From NCBI GenBank assembly GCA_958296125.1, contig OY282444.1, positions 4,633,266-4,697,265 of the forward strand: a stretch of DNA of 64,000 nucleotides, read 5' to 3'. The stretch is from an uncultured Poribacteria bacterium (GTDB taxonomy: Bacteria > Poribacteria > WGA-4E > PCPOR2b). How positions within the stretch are numbered: the first letter of the stretch is position 1; every line of letters starts with the position of its first letter. The translations under genes were made by a program, and so were the position numbers. Positions 58,861 to 64,000 of this stretch are shown here, in pieces. The notes under the pieces were generated by a model that was given only the letters and a program-made list of their open reading frames with translations, did not search any database and was not told the DNA's origin.

Positions 58861-60048
58861 GTGGTGCACGGTTTGAATCGAACTCGAATTCTCTACGTTA
58901 TCGATTCTATGGGCAGGGGTGGGGCTGAGATACAGTTGTTCAAGACCTTAGCGCGACTGCCTCTCGATAGATTTGAAGCCTTTATCGTGTTAAGCCGTGA
59001 GCCCGGGGCTTCCTACGAGCAGCTTACAGCCCTCCCGATTGTCCAAGAAATTACCGTCCTGCATGGCGCAAGTCGCTCTGAATCCCAATCCCATCGGAGC
59101 AAATTTCCCATACTATCCTTGACGCGAAAGGCTTTCAGGTTAGCAGGGATTATAAAATCAGTGGAACCAGCAATTATCCACAGCTGGCTCTGGTATTCCA
59201 ATCTCCTCTGTGGTCTTGTCCGCCAAATCTCTCCAACCCTATCGGGGACGGGCCTGTCCTGCCCTCTGATTCTCTCACAGCGCGGGGACTACTACGCGAG
59301 ATATAATCGTTTCAGATTGTGGTTGACAGAAAAAATCATTTACTGTCACGCTGATGTTCTTTTAACCAATTCCGATCGCATCCGAGACAACCTTCGGCAC
59401 CGTTATCCCGACAAACGCATCCTAGCAATTCGGAATCTGATCGACCTACCTGACCTACAGCCACAATCATCCTCCGACGTTCCATCGCTCTGGCACATTG
59501 TGAGTGTTGGTCGCCTGACTGCGGAAAAGGGGCATCAATATCTCATCGAAGCGTTGCACCTGCTCAACACAAAGTTCAATCGACAAGATTTCACAGTGAC
59601 AATCCTCGGAGATGGTGCGTTGAAGACGGACTTAGAGCAGCTTGCCAATCGCTATCACCTATCGGATCGGATACAGATGCCCGGCTTCTGCGACGATGTT
59701 TTTTCTCTGCTATCCACCGCACATCTCTTTGTCCTACCATCGCTGCATGAAAGCTCACCAAATGCCCTCATCGAAGCGATGGGGGTTGGACTCCCTTGCA
59801 TCGCTTCGGGCAGCGGCGTTCGCGATCTCATTGACCATCAAGAAAATGGGCTACTGCTCCCACCCCGAGCGAGCGGAGCATTGGCGGAGGCAATTAACTG
59901 CCTCTTAACCGATCGAAAATTCGCAGCATGTCTGGGGAAGAATGCAAGGCAAAGAATTGAGGGGATGTTTAATAACGACAGGTCTATCCAGCAGTTGGAA
60001 GCGGTTTATCGGGATTCTCTTCGTATGATTTCCTTGAAACACGCTTAA
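58861..60048 (+). CDS. GT4 (GT-B) glycosyltransferase
   Basis: GGAE, VGRL..EKG, PS..E..PNALIEAM. Confidence 0.9.
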   Translation: MVHGLNRTRILYVIDSMGRGGAEIQLFKTLARLPLDRFEAFIVLSREPGASYEQLTALPIVQEITVLHGASRSESQSHRSKFPILSLTRKAFRLAGIIKSVEPAIIHSWLWYSNLLCGLVRQISPTLSGTGLSCPLILSQRGDYYARYNRFRLWLTEKIIYCHADVLLTNSDRIRDNLRHRYPDKRILAIRNLIDLPDLQPQSSSDVPSLWHIVSVGRLTAEKGHQYLIEALHLLNTKFNRQDFTVTILGDGALKTDLEQLANRYHLSDRIQMPGFCDDVFSLLSTAHLFVLPSLHESSPNALIEAMGVGLPCIASGSGVRDLIDHQENGLLLPPRASGALAEAINCLLTDRKFAACLGKNARQRIEGMFNNDRSIQQLEAVYRDSLRMISLKHA

Positions 60049-60070
60049 TGCGAATAAAGGAGGAAGCTTC

Positions 60071-61108
60071 ATGACAAATCAGCCAATCAAACTTGGTGTC
60101 GTAGGCTGTGGTTTTACAGGCAGACAAACGATTTTCGCGACCACTGCAATGGCGCGCATGACCACCGTTGCGCTAGCAGACCTCGACCCCACTCGGCGTG
60201 AAGAGGTCGCCGAAGAATACTCTGTAGCACGCGCCTATACCGATTACCGAGAGATTCTTGAAGACAGCGACATTGACGCAGTATATCTCGGCACTGCCCC
60301 CGATGTCCGTCTGCCAATGGTGCTTGAGACACTCGCTGCGGGTAAGCATGTGCTGGTCCAGAAGCCTCATGCGATTCGGGCAAACGAGATTACGGAGATG
60401 GCGGATGCAGCAAAAGCGGCAGATAAGACGCTGCAATTCTGTTATTTCATGCGCCACTTCCCAAACAATCGTCAGATTCGCCGCGCGGTGCTTAGTGGTA
60501 AAATTGGCAATCCATACCACGCTCGGATCTTTGGAAAATACAATCATATCCCACCCCTGAGCGACAACTCCCGTTGGCTGCATATCTACGGTCAGAAAGG
60601 GGGATCGTTAGGGCAGCACTATTCCCATGAGTTGGATCTGGCGTGGTGGTGGATGGGGTGCCCGAAGCCGGAATGGGCGTTTGGTGCCAAGCATGTGGTT
60701 TATCCGGCATACGATGGGCCGGAAGGGGCCGCTGACGATTACTTCACTGGGCTCGTTGGCTTGGAAGGAGGGAAAACTATTCAGATCGATTGCTCCCGAA
60801 TGGTGCATACCCACACGCCAACTGTCATTGAGCTTTACGGCAGCACCGGGGCAATCACAGGTGGGGCGATTTCCAGACATATAGAGGGCGAGTTTATTCG
60901 GGAGGAGATTGATGAACCGCTAGATATAAAACACAGTGAACCCCCTGAACCCCGACCTGTCTTCTTTTACGAAATTGAGCATTTCGCAATGGCAATCGCC
61001 GGTGAGGTTGATCCGGATGTCTCTGCTGCAGATGCCTATACATTCATGAAAATCCTCGATGCCCTTTACGATAGTGCCAAAGCGGGCGTGAAAATTTCAA
61101 TTAAGTAG
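60071..61108 (+). CDS. Gfo/Idh/MocA oxidoreductase
   Basis: GVVGCG, AGKHVLVQKP, SHELD. Confidence 0.88.
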   Translation: MTNQPIKLGVVGCGFTGRQTIFATTAMARMTTVALADLDPTRREEVAEEYSVARAYTDYREILEDSDIDAVYLGTAPDVRLPMVLETLAAGKHVLVQKPHAIRANEITEMADAAKAADKTLQFCYFMRHFPNNRQIRRAVLSGKIGNPYHARIFGKYNHIPPLSDNSRWLHIYGQKGGSLGQHYSHELDLAWWWMGCPKPEWAFGAKHVVYPAYDGPEGAADDYFTGLVGLEGGKTIQIDCSRMVHTHTPTVIELYGSTGAITGGAISRHIEGEFIREEIDEPLDIKHSEPPEPRPVFFYEIEHFAMAIAGEVDPDVSAADAYTFMKILDALYDSAKAGVKISIK

Positions 61109-61126
61109 ATTCAAAAGGAGGTTATT

Positions 61127-62074
61127 ATGTCCAAACGCAAAGTGTTGATTGCAAGACGTGAAGATCCTGAAGTTGAAGCGATACTCAAAGATGCTCCATC
61201 AGAGGTGGATATTCAGTTCCTAGCATCGGGCGAGGCGGTGGGCGATCATGTCGCGGATGCCGAGATTATCTACGGCGGAATCCGTGAAGCAGATCTTCCC
61301 AAAGCTGAATCGTTACGCTGGGTACAGCAACCTTCAGCAGGTGTCGAAGGGACGATGTACCCTGCCTTCAAAGCTAGCGACGTAATCCTGACCAACTGTC
61401 AGAAACTATACGGTCTTCAGATTTCTGAGCACGCCTTCGCGCTCCTACTTTCCCTGACCCGTAGCATTCCGACACAGCTAGAATTTATGAAAGAAAAACA
61501 TTGGGAGCGCGTCCCGTGCATCGAATTGGCAGGGATGACCATGGGAATTTTGGGGCTTGGTGGTATTGGTCGAGCGATTGCGGTGCGAGCAAAGGCATTT
61601 GAGTTTAATGTTATTGCAGTTGATCCGGAGCGGATGGATAAACCGGATTGTGTCGATGCGCTTGGCACGCTGGATTGGCTTTCGGAATTTATGACACAAT
61701 CGAATGTCGTGATGGTCTGCTGTCCAAGCACCCCTCAAACCCATAAACTTCTATCGCATGAACAGTTTAATCTTCTGCCGGATGGAAGCTATCTTGTCAA
61801 TGTCAGCCGAGGTAAAGTCATTGATGAAGATGCTCTGATTGCGGCCCTCCGCAGCGGCAAGCTCGCTGGCGCGGGATTGGATGTGACTTACACCGAACCG
61901 TGTCCGCCGGATAGCCCGCTATGGATAGAACCGAATGTGATTTTGACCTCCCACAGTGCAGGCGCATCGCAGCGTATGCGGGCGCGTGCGATGCGCCTAT
62001 TTGTCGATAATCTGCATCGCTACATCAAAGGCGAACCTTTGGTCAATCTCGTGGATAAGCAGAAGGGATATTGA
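61127..62074 (+). CDS. D-2-hydroxyacid dehydrogenase
   Basis: GLGGIG, NVSRG, GLDV..EP, TSH. Confidence 0.9.
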   Translation: MSKRKVLIARREDPEVEAILKDAPSEVDIQFLASGEAVGDHVADAEIIYGGIREADLPKAESLRWVQQPSAGVEGTMYPAFKASDVILTNCQKLYGLQISEHAFALLLSLTRSIPTQLEFMKEKHWERVPCIELAGMTMGILGLGGIGRAIAVRAKAFEFNVIAVDPERMDKPDCVDALGTLDWLSEFMTQSNVVMVCCPSTPQTHKLLSHEQFNLLPDGSYLVNVSRGKVIDEDALIAALRSGKLAGAGLDVTYTEPCPPDSPLWIEPNVILTSHSAGASQRMRARAMRLFVDNLHRYIKGEPLVNLVDKQKGY

Positions 62075-62146
62075 AAGGAAGCTAAGTGCACTGACAGCGG
62101 CGCAATGTAAGCTAGCAAAATAGTGATAGATCTTACGATAGAATCG

Positions 62147-62155
62147 TGCTATAAT
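62147..62155 (+). promoter_or_regulatory. Extended -10 promoter
   Basis: TGcTATAAT upstream of the kinase-like gene. Confidence 0.45.
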
Positions 62156-62296
62156 CAGTCATCATAGAATCGTAGATTTTATAGGGTTTCGCGTATGATT
62201 CATGGGCGCGCCTTATGAAATTCGCGATTCTTATACCAACGCGACTATAAAGCCGTCACTACAACAGGAACGAACTAAAAGAGAGGAGTTTTTATT

Positions 62297-63013
62297 ATGC
62301 GATGTGTCTTTGTCGGTATTGAATATGCTGGAAAATCGACCCTAATCAAGCTGCTAGACGCCTATTATCGACAGCGCAGACTACCCGTCCACGGAGACGA
62401 CCATTTTACTTTGCCGGATGCCTCTTTGAGTCCAGAATCACGAGCGTTGATGGTCAATTTTCCCGATGATGTTAAAGAACGCTCGCAACGGATGCAGATT
62501 CAGTATCATATTGAAGTCATCAGGAATTATCCGAACACCCTGATTGCGGGCTGGCATATCGAAGAAGCGGTCTACTCAGACATGTATGGCGACGATCCGG
62601 ACAACCCCTACTATAAGAATTACTCATATTCAGCACAACGGATTTACGAGGCGCAGGTGTTTGAAGCCCGCTTGCCCAATGTGGTCTTGATTCATGTAAC
62701 CGCCAGTGATGAGGCAATCCGGGAGCGGATGCAGGCAGACCCACACGATTACCAGATTATCAAAGCGGGAGATATCACGGAGGTCAAACGGCGTTTTGAG
62801 GAAGAGATTGAAAAATCGCTCTTTACCCAGAAGGGACGCAGGATTGTGGTTGACACCACAGGGAAAACGCCTCAAGAATCTTTGGATGACTTGCTCATGC
62901 TTTCGGAACCCTTGATTACCCAAGAGGAGCTGGCCATCCGTGCTATACCCGTGCCTAAAGGCGACTATGAGGTTCGGTATGAAAACGGTGTCCGAAAGAT
63001 GATTCCGGTATAA
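62297..63013 (+). CDS. P-loop nucleotide-kinase-like protein
   Basis: N-terminal GIEYAGKST, LIHVTAS..IRER lid, VDTT; AGGAG RBS. Confidence 0.7.
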   Translation: MRCVFVGIEYAGKSTLIKLLDAYYRQRRLPVHGDDHFTLPDASLSPESRALMVNFPDDVKERSQRMQIQYHIEVIRNYPNTLIAGWHIEEAVYSDMYGDDPDNPYYKNYSYSAQRIYEAQVFEARLPNVVLIHVTASDEAIRERMQADPHDYQIIKAGDITEVKRRFEEEIEKSLFTQKGRRIVVDTTGKTPQESLDDLLMLSEPLITQEELAIRAIPVPKGDYEVRYENGVRKMIPV

Positions 63014-63097
63014 TAGCCGAAGTTGCTAGGTATGTCTGAATCAGGATGCTCAGGATTTAAGGATTGACGTTGTTCCCTACGATTTCCAATCGCAGCA

Positions 63098-63144
63098 TCG
63101 GGGCGGTATCATACCTGTGAAAAAGGGCGTGATACCGCTTTTTG
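63098..63144 (+). terminator. Intrinsic terminator
   Basis: gcggtatca...tgataccgc followed by TTTTT. Confidence 0.7.
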
Positions 63145-63164
63145 TATTGCCTTAAGACTTGCTC

Positions 63165-63382
63165 CTATCGTGTCAAGACCACATTATCCACCTCATCACG
63201 GGTAGACGGTGCACTGTGCTTCCGCCCCCTCGTCCTCATCTTCGGGGCTTTACCGGGGTTTTTAGCTTTGTAATTCGCCTTAACAGTTTGATAGCTATCG
63301 GCAAGAGCTTTGTCAATATCTATTTCTGATAACCCTGTTATCCCTTGTGAATCTAGGAAATCGTTTTTTCTGGGACTTTCAT
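63165..63382 (-). pseudogene. Small ORF (about 72 aa) broken by one missing A in an A6 run
   Basis: GAAGGAG RBS + ATG; reads MKVPEKTIS*, but one extra A restores an open frame to TAG 63165. Confidence 0.4.
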
Positions 63383-63456
63383 GGGGTCTCCTTCTTTGCT
63401 TTGGTTCGGTCAGTAGAGACAGCTCGCCCCGCTGTTTCCATTGATTATTATCCGGG

Positions 63457-64000
63457 CTATAAACAGGTCAATTCCTCACGAATTTCGCTTTCTTGTTCCT
63501 CACCTACCCCCACCCCAAGCTGCTTCGTCTCATCGACAATCTGACGCGCTTCCGCCATCTGCTCATGGGCTTCCGGCTTCGTGGGGCTGTAGCGGGCAAA
63601 CTTGACCAGATCACAGTTAGTGAAAAATTGCCGCACTACATCTTTCGGAATATTTTCGGGCTGCAAACGGTCAAGTAGTTCTTGGGTGGTCAGTTCAAGC
63701 GCAGGAATATGATATCGTGCAGCGATATACTGACGGATAACATGAGAGATTTCCGTGTGGTAGACTTTCATTTCGCCTTGTGCCACCCAGTTCATTCCCT
63801 CAATTCGGTTTAGTTGCTCATAAGCAATTTCGTGAGGCTGACGTTGGGGCACTACTTCAGACGGTAGATCTATGGATTTAACCCGCTTGCGGAGATAAAC
63901 AAAAATAATCGCACCGATGACTACAATTACTAAAAGCAGCACCAAAATGTAAAGAGACCAATTCGGGGGGGCGGGCAAGGGTCCCTTGATTTCTTTCATC
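63457..64000 (-). CDS. BatD/DUF4381-like membrane protein, 5' end outside the window
   Basis: EIKGP, TM helix, ALELTTQEL, DLVKFARY motifs typical of Bat/MoxR-operon proteins. Confidence 0.65.
   Translation of the reverse strand, partial: MKEIKGPLPAPPNWSLYILVLLLVIVVIGAIIFVYLRKRVKSIDLPSEVVPQRQPHEIAYEQLNRIEGMNWVAQGEMKVYHTEISHVIRQYIAARYHIPALELTTQELLDRLQPENIPKDVVRQFFTNCDLVKFARYSPTKPEAHEQMAEARQIVDETKQLGVGVGEEQESEIREELTCL

Overview
Chromosomal window (about 50% GC) from a diderm bacterium. Many sulfatase, PhyH, dehydratase and Gfo/Idh genes, heptamer short repeats and a Planctomycete/Nitrospira-type bc complex suggest Ca. Poribacteria or a similar lineage; this is inference only. Core content: a Rieske/cytochrome b6/subunit IV/octaheme cytochrome c operon, sugar-acid catabolism genes, cysC, recQ, trkAH, gcvTHP, pnp-rpsO-ribF-truB, and rimP-nusA-ylxR-infB-ylxP-rbfA-nrnA. 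Accessory content: a PspGI/EcoRII-like type II RM pair wedged into an operon, and two orphan type I hsdS genes that each appear to keep only the last codons of hsdM. Most notable signals: (1) a short palindromic element found both intergenically and inserted in frame in a protein; (2) a candidate pseudoknotted ncRNA of about 90 nt with its own extended -10 between gcvH and gcvP; (3) a MITE-like family next to both hsdS genes; (4) a PhyH-family Fe/2OG enzyme lacking the Fe-ligating Asp (halogenase-like); (5) an Nma111/DEG7-like protease; (6) an exported EEP-cyclophilin fusion; (7) a GT2 plus radical SAM pair. I found no tRNA, rRNA, CRISPR array or transposase by eye. All family calls are motif-based; no searches were run.
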